Assembly: GCA_965261925.1 (NCBI GenBank)
Contig: OZ253486.1
Span: 2,520,623-2,584,622, forward strand
Source: Dehalococcoidia bacterium
GTDB taxonomy: Bacteria; Chloroflexota; Dehalococcoidia; Lucifugimonadales; UBA3495
Reading direction: 5' to 3'
Length of the DNA stretch: 64,000 nt
Part shown: one piece after another, positions 28,938 through 36,722 of the stretch
Layout of the letters: the number at the start of each line of letters is the position of its first letter
Numbering within the stretch: position 1 is the stretch's first letter
Program-made: the position numbers and the translations under genes
Notes under the pieces: model-generated
The model's database searches: none
What the model was told of the DNA's origin: nothing
The model's input: the letters and a program-made list of their open reading frames with translations, nothing else

Positions 28938-29364
28938 GGAGAACGCCGGACCGGCCGGGTGACCGCCGCGAGGTCTTGCACCTCGGGGAGGAAAGTCCGG
29001 GCTCCTCCGGACAGGGTGCTGGGTAACGCCCAGGCTCTGGCGTGGGCGACCACGTCGGGGACGGAAAGTGGCACAGAAACATACCGCCGGGGCGTCGATG
29101 ACGAACCGGTAAGGGCGAAATCGGACGGTAAGAGCGTCCGGCCGAGTGCGGCGACGCACCGGCGGCCAAACCCCACCTGGAGCAAGGCCAAATAGGGGGA
29201 CTATGGGTGTCCGGCCCGTCCCCGGGTTGGCCGCTCGACCCCGGCGGTAACGCTGCCCTGTCTCACAGGGCGATACGGCACGCGCCGTATCCGGGGCTAG
29301 ATAGATGGTCACCGTCCGCTCAGGCGGATACAGAACCCGGCTTACAGGCCGCCCGGCATTCTCC
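28938..29364 (+). ncRNA. rnpB: RNase P RNA, bacterial type A
   Basis: Universally conserved GAGGAAAGTCCGGGCTCC (CR-I) and ACAGAACCCGGCTTAC (CR-V). GGTAAGGGCGAAA and CAAATAGGGG segments are present. P1 pairs GGAGAAcGCCGG (5') with CCGGCaTTCTCC (3'). Confidence 0.9.
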
Positions 29365-29432
29365 ACTTCCACATCAAAATCCACGTGACCACCTACCCAG
29401 GCAGGTGATACCGGCGGGAAACGGAGAGCGAT

Positions 29433-30206
29433 ATGGTCAGAACGAACCGAGCCAAGGCCAAGCTATTGGCCGGGGAAATCGCGGTGGGAGGCAGCGTGAA
29501 TTTTTACGCTCCGATCGTGGTTGAAATGTACGGCGTGCTGGGTTTCGATTGGGTCTGGATTGACTGCGAGCACGGGTCGTCGAACGACTCAGAATCGGAA
29601 AACATGATCCGCGCGGCCGAACTGCACGACATCACTCCCGTGGTGAGAGTTCCCAACGCCGAACCCTCCACGCTATTGCGGTTTTTGGACCGCGGCGCGC
29701 AGGGGCTGATCGTTCCGCATGTCGACAACCGGAAGCAAGCCGAGGCCGTGACCAGGGCTACGCACTACCATCCGATGGGCGACCGGAGCAGCTCCACGGG
29801 CGGGCGCACCAACCGGCTCGGCAGCGGGCTGCCGCCGGCGGAATATTACGACGCTGCGAACCGCGAAACCCTGGTGATCTGCATGGTTGAGACCCCGGAG
29901 GCGGTGGCGAACGTCCGCGACATCGCCAGCGTGGATGGCGTCGATGCCATCCTGGTGGGCAGCAGCGACCTGACGCAAGCAATGGGTATGCCGCCGCAGG
30001 CCGACGTGGATGCGGCCATCGCGCGGGTGATCGAGGGGACGCTGGCAGAGGGCAAGGTCATTGGCGTTGCGGGCGCGGGCATGACGGTGGACAACGTGGG
30101 GCGGTTCCGAGAGTTCGCAGGGCGAGGTGTCCGGCTGATGTCCGTCAATCTCCAGGACTTCGTGCGGCAGAGCGCCGGGAGGTTTTTGGAGGAGGTGCGG
30201 GCGTAA
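29433..30206 (+). CDS. HpcH/HpaI-family aldolase
   Basis: ...FDWVWIDCEHG..., ...VVRVP..., ...GLIVPHV... and size (257 aa) fit 2-keto-3-deoxy-acid aldolases of the HpcH family. Confidence 0.8.
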   Translation: MVRTNRAKAKLLAGEIAVGGSVNFYAPIVVEMYGVLGFDWVWIDCEHGSSNDSESENMIRAAELHDITPVVRVPNAEPSTLLRFLDRGAQGLIVPHVDNRKQAEAVTRATHYHPMGDRSSSTGGRTNRLGSGLPPAEYYDAANRETLVICMVETPEAVANVRDIASVDGVDAILVGSSDLTQAMGMPPQADVDAAIARVIEGTLAEGKVIGVAGAGMTVDNVGRFREFAGRGVRLMSVNLQDFVRQSAGRFLEEVRA

Positions 30207-30326
30207 TCTGGCGCCGTCGACGGTGTTCGGGACCGGTGCGTGGGTCAACGGTGCGTCTCTCACCAGCCGCCCTACCACTGCCGACAGAGACGGAAGGACC
30301 GCAGTAGCGCACGAACGCGGGCACGA

Positions 30327-31580
30327 ATGAGGATCCTGCATTTCTCCGATCTGCATATCGGTGTGGAGAACTATGGCCGCACCGATCCCAATACCGGGCT
30401 CTCCACGCGGTTGGGAGATTTCCTGGAGGCGCTGGACGAGCTGGTGGAGTATGCGCTGACCGGCGATGTTGATGTGGTGGTACTCGCCGGGGACGCATAC
30501 AAGGGGCGCGATCCGACTCAGACCCACCAGCGAGAATTGGCCCGCCGGTTGCTGCGGCTTTCGGACGCCGGCATTGCGACTTTTCTGCTGCCAGGCAACC
30601 ACGACCTGCCCGCCGCGACCGGGCGGGCCCATGCGGTGGAAATATTCTCCACGCTTCAGGTGCCCCACGTGTACGTGGGAGCGAGCCTGCAAACGTACAC
30701 GGTGCCGACGCGAGCGGGTCCGCTGCAAATCCTTGCGGTGCCGTGGCCGTCTCGCGGAGCCATGCTGGCTCGAGAGGAGTCGCGGGGCCTCAGTATCGAA
30801 GAGATACGTACGGAGACCGAGCGCAGGATGACGATGGCGATCGCCGGCCGTGCCCGGGGGATCGACCCAAACGAACCGGCGATCCTGACCGGGCACGTCA
30901 CGGTGAACGGAGCGACGGTGGGGTCGGAGCGGTCCATGATGCTGGGGAACGACCATGTGCTGAACGCGAGCGCGGTGCAACGGCCGGAACTGGAATACGT
31001 CGCGCTGGGACACATCCACAAGCACCAGGTCCTGCGACCGCCGGGTGGGGACGGGCCGGCGGTCGCGTACTCCGGGAGTCTGCAACGGGTGGATTTTTCC
31101 GAGGAAGCGGACGACAAGGGTTTCTGCGTGGTGGACATCGATCCTCGGGCGCCGCAAGGCCAGAGGTTGACTGATTTCCGGTTCCAGACCATCGGGGCGA
31201 GGCCGTTTGTGACCGTGGACGCTGCGGTGCCGGAGGTGGAGCAAAATCCCGCCGCGTTCGTGACGCGAGCAATCGCGAGGCACCGGGTTGACGGGGCGAT
31301 CGTGCGGTTGAGGGTCAAGTTGTCGTCGGAACAGTCGGCGAAGCTTAGGGACGCTGATCTGCGCCCGTCGCTGTCGGCAGCGCATTATGTAGCCGGCATC
31401 TCCCGAGAGGTCGCCGATGCGGAGCGCCGGCGTATCTCGGTGGAACCGACGGATCTCCAGCCCCTGGCTGCGTTGCGGATGTACCTGGAGAGCCGCGGGT
31501 TCAGCTCCGAAAGGCGGGATCATCTGCTGGAGCGAGCCGAAGAACTGCTGTCGTCGGTGGGAACGGAGCGGGAGCAGTGA
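30327..31580 (+). CDS. sbcD: SbcD/Mre11-type nuclease
   Basis: Calcineurin-like phosphoesterase motifs ILHFSDLH, LAGDAYK, LPGNHD, ALGHIH. Start taken at ATG 30327. Confidence 0.8.
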   Translation: MRILHFSDLHIGVENYGRTDPNTGLSTRLGDFLEALDELVEYALTGDVDVVVLAGDAYKGRDPTQTHQRELARRLLRLSDAGIATFLLPGNHDLPAATGRAHAVEIFSTLQVPHVYVGASLQTYTVPTRAGPLQILAVPWPSRGAMLAREESRGLSIEEIRTETERRMTMAIAGRARGIDPNEPAILTGHVTVNGATVGSERSMMLGNDHVLNASAVQRPELEYVALGHIHKHQVLRPPGGDGPAVAYSGSLQRVDFSEEADDKGFCVVDIDPRAPQGQRLTDFRFQTIGARPFVTVDAAVPEVEQNPAAFVTRAIARHRVDGAIVRLRVKLSSEQSAKLRDADLRPSLSAAHYVAGISREVADAERRRISVEPTDLQPLAALRMYLESRGFSSERRDHLLERAEELLSSVGTEREQ

Positions 31581-32572
31581 TCCCGCGCGGCGAACATTCC
31601 GGTTCCATCGTTGATGTACCCGGCGTTTCGGCGGGGCATTGGACGGACACGGACGCCGCCACCGGATGCACGGTGATCCTCTGCACGGATGGCGCAGTGG
31701 GCGGCGTCGCCGTGCGCGGGGGGTCTCCGGGGACGCGGGAGACCGATCTGCTGGACCCGATACGGCGGGTTGACCGGGTCCACGGGATTTTGTTGAGCGG
31801 GGGAAGCGCGTTCGGCCTGGCTGCGGCCGGAGGGGTGCAGCAGTGGCTGGAAGAGCGCGGGATAGGTTTCGAGACGCCACATGGTCACGTTCCCATTGTT
31901 CCGGCGGCGATACTGTACGACCTGGGTGTGGGCAGGTCGGACGTGCGTCCCGACGGGGCGGCGGGTTATGCGGCGTGCGAAGTGGCGGATGCGGACGTGC
32001 TGGCGGCAGGTTCGGTGGGAGCCGGAACCGGCGCGACGGTGGCCAAGGCACTTGGGATTGGTGGTGCGATCAAAGGGGGTATTGGTTCGGCTTGTTGCGT
32101 GCTGCCGGACGGTGTCTCCGTGGGCGCGGCAGTTGCGGTCAATGCGTGGGGAGGGATCTACGATCATCGCGACGGGGGGTTGATCGCGGGTCCCCGGGGC
32201 GAAGATGGCGCGATGGCGGATCCGGTAGAGGTTATGTTGACCGGAACGTCCTCGTCCGGGACATCGTTGCTGACGAACACCACCATTGGCGTCGTGGCGA
32301 CGGACGCAAATTTGGATAAGATGCAGGTCAATTTCGTCGCATCCTCATCCCACGACGGGATGGCGCTGACCATTCGGCCGTGCCACACGCCCAGCGACGG
32401 CGATACGATGTTTTGCGTGGCGACGGGCCGGAACTCCGCGCCCGTGAACTTGATGGCCATCGTTACGGCGGCCACCCACGTGACCGCGCTGGCGATTTTG
32501 GACGCGATACAGTCTGCGCGGGGTTTGGCGGGGATACCGGCGATATCGGAGATGACGCATGGTCAGGGCTGA
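31577..32572 (+). CDS. DmpA/P1-family (S58) aminopeptidase
   Basis: ...GVSAGHWTD..TGCTVIL... N-terminal pattern and ...NTTIGVVATDA... The GTG start overlaps the sbcD stop (GTGA). Confidence 0.75.
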   Translation: MIPRGEHSGSIVDVPGVSAGHWTDTDAATGCTVILCTDGAVGGVAVRGGSPGTRETDLLDPIRRVDRVHGILLSGGSAFGLAAAGGVQQWLEERGIGFETPHGHVPIVPAAILYDLGVGRSDVRPDGAAGYAACEVADADVLAAGSVGAGTGATVAKALGIGGAIKGGIGSACCVLPDGVSVGAAVAVNAWGGIYDHRDGGLIAGPRGEDGAMADPVEVMLTGTSSSGTSLLTNTTIGVVATDANLDKMQVNFVASSSHDGMALTIRPCHTPSDGDTMFCVATGRNSAPVNLMAIVTAATHVTALAILDAIQSARGLAGIPAISEMTHGQG

Positions 32573-33443
32573 CGAAGTTACAATCGGTTTCGTGGGAGCA
32601 GGTGTTTTGGGCAGCGGGTTGGCGTTGGCGTTGAGCGCGGCCGGTTGGCGGATCGGGGCAATCGCGAGCCGGACGACCGCGAGCGCCGAGCGCGCGGCCA
32701 GCCTCATCGACGGATGCGCGGCGCCGGCGACAGCGCAGCAGGTGGCCGACGCCTGCGACCTGGTGTTCATCACCACACCGGATGCGGCGATAGCTGAGGT
32801 GGCGGGAACGGTCAACTGGAGACCGGGCCAAGGTGTGGCGCATTGCTGTGGCGCGGCGTCGACTGAATTGCTGGGCCCGGCGTCGGACGCTGGTGCGGAT
32901 GTCGGTGCGATGCACCCCTTTCAGACATTCGCGGCCATCGGCGGACCGGGGCAGGCGGCCGAACGACTGCGGGGAGTGACCTTTGCGATATCGGCAACCG
33001 GCTGGCTAGCGGAGTTTCTGCCGAACCTGGCGCAGTCGCTGGGCGGGCGAGGCATCGAAATCCCCGACGAGATGCGCCCGCTCTACCACGCCAGCGCGGT
33101 ACTGAGCTGCGGGTACCTGGCAACGCTGCTGGACGCCGCGGTGGGATTGTGGACGAGCATGGGGTTCACCGAGGAGGACGGGGTCAGGGCTGCGGCGCCG
33201 TTGGCGCGCGCTACGATTGAGGCCATCGAGCGGCAGGGGCCGATCAATGCGGTTACGGGGCCGGTGGTGCGTGGCGATGCCGACACGGTGGCAGCGCATC
33301 TCGATCTGCTGGCGCGGCACGCGGCTCATCTGCTGCCCCTGTATCGCCAGTTGACGGAATCGTCGTTGCATCTCGCTCGGGCCAAGGGAGTTGAGGAAGC
33401 ACAGTTGGAGCAAATGAGGCGGACAATCGGCGGGTCTGGCTGA
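32559..33443 (+). CDS. Rossmann-fold DUF2520-type oxidoreductase (candidate ketopantoate reductase)
   Basis: IGFVGAGVLGSGLA dinucleotide-binding motif and a helical C-terminal domain. Lies directly upstream of panB. Confidence 0.55.
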   Translation: MVRADEVTIGFVGAGVLGSGLALALSAAGWRIGAIASRTTASAERAASLIDGCAAPATAQQVADACDLVFITTPDAAIAEVAGTVNWRPGQGVAHCCGAASTELLGPASDAGADVGAMHPFQTFAAIGGPGQAAERLRGVTFAISATGWLAEFLPNLAQSLGGRGIEIPDEMRPLYHASAVLSCGYLATLLDAAVGLWTSMGFTEEDGVRAAAPLARATIEAIERQGPINAVTGPVVRGDADTVAAHLDLLARHAAHLLPLYRQLTESSLHLARAKGVEEAQLEQMRRTIGGSG

Positions 33444-33458
33444 TAAAATCGCGGCACG

Positions 33459-34298
33459 ATGGCGATTACGATTCGAAAATTGGCCGAGATGAAGCGGGAC
33501 GGGGAGAAGATCCCGATGGTCACCGCTTACGACTACACGGCGGCGCGCATCGCCGATGCCGCCGGCATACCGATCATTCTGGTTGGCGACAGCCTGGGGA
33601 TGGTGGTGCTCGGATACGATTCCACGGTGCCGGTGACCATGGACGATATGGTGCGGCACGGGCGCATGGTGAGTCGCGGGTCGTCGGAAGCGTTGGTGGT
33701 CGTAGACCTGCCATTCATGTCGTACCAGGTTGATGCCGCAGAAGCGCTTCGGAACGCCGGCAGACTGATGCAGGAGGGCGGGGCCCATACCGTGAAGATG
33801 GAAGGGGGCGTGTCGATTGCAGGCACGGTGCGACGCATGGTTGACGCCGGCGTGCCGGTGATGGGTCACATCGGGCTGACGCCGCAATCGGTGAACGCGT
33901 TGGGCGGATACCGGGTGCAGGGACGCACCAAAGCAGCGGCGCGTCGGGTGTTGGACGACGCCTTGGCGCTGCAGGAGGCGGGGGCGTACTCGGTGGTGCT
34001 GGAGTGTGTTCCGGCGCCTTTGGCCAAGGTGATAACCGAACGGCTGACGATCCCCACTATCGGTATCGGGGCCGGGCCCGACTGTGACGGGCAAGTCCAG
34101 GTATTTCACGACATGCTGGGCCTGTTCCCTGACTTCGTACCCAAGCACGCGCGGAAGTATGCCGAGTTGGGTTCCGACATGACCCGAGCTTTCGAGTGGT
34201 ACGCCGAGGACGTGAGGAACGGCGCGTTTCCCTCGGAGGCCGAGAGTTTTACGATGAATGAACGGCTGCTGGTGGAGTTGTTGGGTGAAGAGAGTTGA
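33459..34298 (+). CDS. panB: 3-methyl-2-oxobutanoate hydroxymethyltransferase
   Basis: ...IPMVTAYDYTAARIADAAGIPIILVGDSLGMVVLGYDST..., the canonical PanB N-terminus. Full length is 279 aa. Confidence 0.9.
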   Translation: MAITIRKLAEMKRDGEKIPMVTAYDYTAARIADAAGIPIILVGDSLGMVVLGYDSTVPVTMDDMVRHGRMVSRGSSEALVVVDLPFMSYQVDAAEALRNAGRLMQEGGAHTVKMEGGVSIAGTVRRMVDAGVPVMGHIGLTPQSVNALGGYRVQGRTKAAARRVLDDALALQEAGAYSVVLECVPAPLAKVITERLTIPTIGIGAGPDCDGQVQVFHDMLGLFPDFVPKHARKYAELGSDMTRAFEWYAEDVRNGAFPSEAESFTMNERLLVELLGEES

Positions 34299-34768
34299 GT
34301 TCTTCACCGGGGCGGGAACGCGATGGCAGGGTCAGCGCGTTCGATGTACTGATCCACCGGAACGGACAGTTTCTGGCCGCCTTCTATGTTATTTGGTCAG
34401 CGCTGACGGCCATTCTGGCGTATTCGCGAGTAGCGGCGGCGGAAAATCCACCGTTGGCGTGGACTGAAATTGCTATAATCGTTATCGCGTCCGCGGCGGT
34501 TACCGCTGCCGTTGCGATTCCCTTGGCTTTCGGATTGACGGAGGGGGTACCCATGGTTTTGGCCAAATTGTTGACTGACCGATACCGACAGGAAGGTCGG
34601 GTGGAAGGTAGGGAAGAGGGTCGGGAGGAAGGTCGTGAAGAGGGTCGGGAGGAAGGGCGTGTGCAGAGCGACAGGCTCTGGGACGAGTGGAACGAACGCC
34701 GCTTGGCAGCGGAACGCGAGGGCCGGCCGTTCACCGAGCCTACTCCTTCTCAAAACGGGACACATTAG
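34295..34768 (+). CDS. Small protein with two predicted TM helices and an (E/Q)EGR-repeat tail (array copy 1)
   Basis: Hydrophobic segments FLAAFYVIWSALTAILAY and IAIIVIASAAVTAAVAIPLAFGL, then MVLAKLLTDRYRQEGRVEGR(EEGR)4VQSDRLWDEWNERRLAAEREGRPFTEPTPSQNGTH. A 71-aa version from ATG 34553 with its own GGAGG RBS is an alternative. Confidence 0.45.
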   Translation: MSSSPGRERDGRVSAFDVLIHRNGQFLAAFYVIWSALTAILAYSRVAAAENPPLAWTEIAIIVIASAAVTAAVAIPLAFGLTEGVPMVLAKLLTDRYRQEGRVEGREEGREEGREEGREEGRVQSDRLWDEWNERRLAAEREGRPFTEPTPSQNGTH

Positions 34769-34916
34769 GTTCGAAACGGAACACTTGAGGGAACCCTCTG
34801 TTGACCAAAGACATGCTTCGCTGCACACCGGCGTCGGCCGGAGCTTTCGGCTGAAATTGCCTCTTGACGGCGCAGCCGGGGATCGAACCGCTGTACAATT
34901 CGCGGAGGGGGTACCC

Positions 34917-35084
34917 ATGGTTTTGGCCAAATTGTTGACTGATCGATACCGACAGGAAGGTCGGGAGGAAGGGCGTGTGCAGAGCAACAGGCTCTGGGAG
35001 GAGTGGAACGAACGCCGTGTGGCAGCGGAACGCGAGGGCCGGCCGTTCACCGAGCCTACGCCTTCTCAAAACGGGACACATTAG
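34917..35084 (+). CDS. Small (E/Q)EGR-repeat protein, array copy 2 (55 aa)
   Basis: GGAGG RBS 8 nt upstream. MVLAKLLTDRYRQEGREEGRVQSNRLWEEWNERRVAAEREGRPFTEPTPSQNGTH. Confidence 0.45.
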   Translation: MVLAKLLTDRYRQEGREEGRVQSNRLWEEWNERRVAAEREGRPFTEPTPSQNGTH

Positions 35085-35232
35085 GCTCGAAACGGAACAC
35101 TTGAGGAAACCCTCTGATGACCAAAGACATGCTTCGCTGCACACCGGCATCGGCCGGAGCCTTCGGCTGAAATTGCCTCTTGACGGCGCAGCCGGGGATC
35201 GAACCGCTGTACAATTCGCGGAGAGGGTACCC

Positions 35233-35436
35233 ATGGTTTTGGCCAAATTGTTGACTGACCGATACCGACAAGAAGGTAGGGAGGAGGGTCGGGAGGAAGG
35301 TAGGGAAGAGGGTCGGGAGGAAGGGCGCGTGCAGAGCGACAGGCTCTGGGACGAGTGGAACGAACGCCGCCTGGCAGCGGAACGCGAGGGCCGGCCGTTC
35401 ACCGAGCCTACGCCTTCTCAAAACGGAACGCATTAG
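35233..35436 (+). CDS. Small (E/Q)EGR-repeat protein, array copy 3 (67 aa)
   Basis: RBS GAGAGGG. Same sequence as copy 2 apart from a few substitutions, but with four EEGR units. Confidence 0.45.
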   Translation: MVLAKLLTDRYRQEGREEGREEGREEGREEGRVQSDRLWDEWNERRLAAEREGRPFTEPTPSQNGTH

Positions 35437-35593
35437 GCTCGAAACGGAACACTTGAGGCAACCCTCTTTTGACCAAAGACATGCTTCGCTGCACACCGGC
35501 GCCGGCCGGAGCTTTCGGCTGAACTTGCCTCTTGACGGCGCAGCCGGGGCTGGGACATTCGATTGTTGTGGTACGGATCGAGGCGACTCGGGA

Positions 35594-35750
35594 GTCACTG
35601 AGCGATGCAAGCACTTTCGGCAACAACCTGCACTATGGCAACGAGATTGCCACGCTTCGCTCGCAGTCACTGAGCGATGCAAGCACTTTCGGCAACAACC
35701 TTCACTACGGCAACGAGATTGCCACGCTTCGCTCGCAATGACATTCAGGA
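35594..35750 (+). repeat. Interspersed structured repeat, copy d (a 72-bp unit tandemly duplicated)
   Basis: Units 35594-35665 and 35666-35737 differ at 2 positions. Each ends in ggcaacGAGATTGCCACGCTTCGCTCGCA. The second continues ATGACATTCAGG. Confidence 0.85.
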
Positions 35751-35823
35751 TAATCGAACGGCCCTAGCAGCCCGGGATCGAACCGCTGCACAATCGAACC
35801 GTTGCACAAAGGAATTGACCCAA

Positions 35824-36675
35824 ATGCCCAAACTTGAAGGAAAAACCGCCATTGTAACCGGAGCCAGCCGAGGGATTGGCGCGGAGATCAGCCGGCTGTT
35901 CGCGGCTGAAGGGGCGCGAGTAATCTGCGCCGCGCGCACGGTCAACGAGGGCGACCATCCGTTGGAAGGCTCGCTCTCCAAGACGATCGCGGACATCCAA
36001 GAAGCCGGCGGCGAAGCCACACCGGTGGCGGTGAACATTTCGCTTCCCGAGGACTGCGAGCGCCTGGTCGAGGAGACCCGCAGCATCTACGGGCCCGTGG
36101 ACGTGCTGGTGAACAATGCCGCGCTGACGTACTACCTGCCCATTAAGGATTTCCCCATCAACCGATGGATGCGGTCGTGGGCGGTCAACTTCCATGCGCC
36201 GTTCATTCTCAGCCAGTTAGTACTGGGGGACATGATCGAGCGCGGTTCGGGAAGCATAGTCAACATCTCCTCCGGTTCGGCGGTGGGTCCGGGACGGGGG
36301 CCGTACACCACGCCGCCGAACAACGGCACTTGCTACGGGGCCGAAAAAGCGGCCCTGGAGCGTTTCTCGCAGGGGTTGGCCCAGGAAGTGTACGAGTATG
36401 GGATTTCGGTTTCGGCGGTTGCGCCGTCGCTGGTGGTGCCGACGCCGGGAACCGTGTTCCACAATCTGGTTGAAGGGATGGACGACCCTCGGGGCGAACC
36501 GCCGGAACTGCTGGCCCAGGCCACGTTGTTGTTGGCCTCCGAGCCGGCGGACAAGGTCACCGGACGGGTTTGCTACAGCCAGCAGATACTGCTGGAATTT
36601 GGTTGGATTGACGAAGGCCGCGGGTGGGGTGTCGATGATACGCGTGGGCCGGGCAGCGGTTACAGCCAAATGTAA
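35824..36675 (+). CDS. SDR-family oxidoreductase
   Basis: TGASRGIG cofactor motif and catalytic YGAEK. Start taken at ATG 35824; the upstream part of the listed ORF runs through the repeat. Confidence 0.85.
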   Translation: MPKLEGKTAIVTGASRGIGAEISRLFAAEGARVICAARTVNEGDHPLEGSLSKTIADIQEAGGEATPVAVNISLPEDCERLVEETRSIYGPVDVLVNNAALTYYLPIKDFPINRWMRSWAVNFHAPFILSQLVLGDMIERGSGSIVNISSGSAVGPGRGPYTTPPNNGTCYGAEKAALERFSQGLAQEVYEYGISVSAVAPSLVVPTPGTVFHNLVEGMDDPRGEPPELLAQATLLLASEPADKVTGRVCYSQQILLEFGWIDEGRGWGVDDTRGPGSGYSQM

Positions 36676-36722
36676 TCTTTGGCGTGATAAGATGGCCCAA
36701 ACGCCGGCATAGGAGTACCGCG

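Larger units (their letters stand above)
34525..35549 (+). repeat. Tandem array of 316-364-bp units (small gene plus ~150-bp spacer), three full units plus a fourth spacer
   Basis: ATG-to-ATG periods are 364 and 316 bp. The conserved spacer ...GACATGCTTCGCTGCACACCGG...GAGCTTTCGGCTGAAATTGCCTCTTGACGGCGCAGCCGGGGATCGAACCGCTGTACAAT... recurs at about 34769, 35085 and 35437. Confidence 0.85.

Noticed and set aside
28619-29524. Several 60-160-aa ORFs on both strands downstream of MITE 2
   Set aside because: They overlap the RNase P RNA gene, whose conserved CR-I/CR-V elements and P1 pairing explain the region.
29673-32051. 792-aa ORF on the minus strand spanning the aldolase, sbcD and DmpA genes
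   Set aside because: The translation is Arg/Pro/His/Gly-rich low complexity, typical of an antisense frame in high-GC DNA. It overlaps three plus-strand genes with clear catalytic motifs.
34871-34895. tRNA-like segment (opposite strand GGTTCGATCCCCGGCTGCGCC) as a tRNA gene
   Set aside because: Only a T-arm/acceptor-like 3' half is present, with mismatched T-stem pairing and no D or anticodon arms. At most it is a tRNA-derived fragment.
34864-34899. TTGACG ... TACAAT in the array spacer as a sigma70 promoter
   Set aside because: The hexamers are 24 nt apart, far from the 16-18 nt optimum, and there is no TGn extension. Conservation of the module is real, but the promoter assignment is unsupported.
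34635-35436. Long versions (149 and 153 aa) of array copies 2 and 3
   Set aside because: Their N-terminal extensions are out-of-frame readings of the previous unit and spacer (Arg/Gly/Ser-rich). The conserved RBS and ATG at MVLAKLL is the only shared start.
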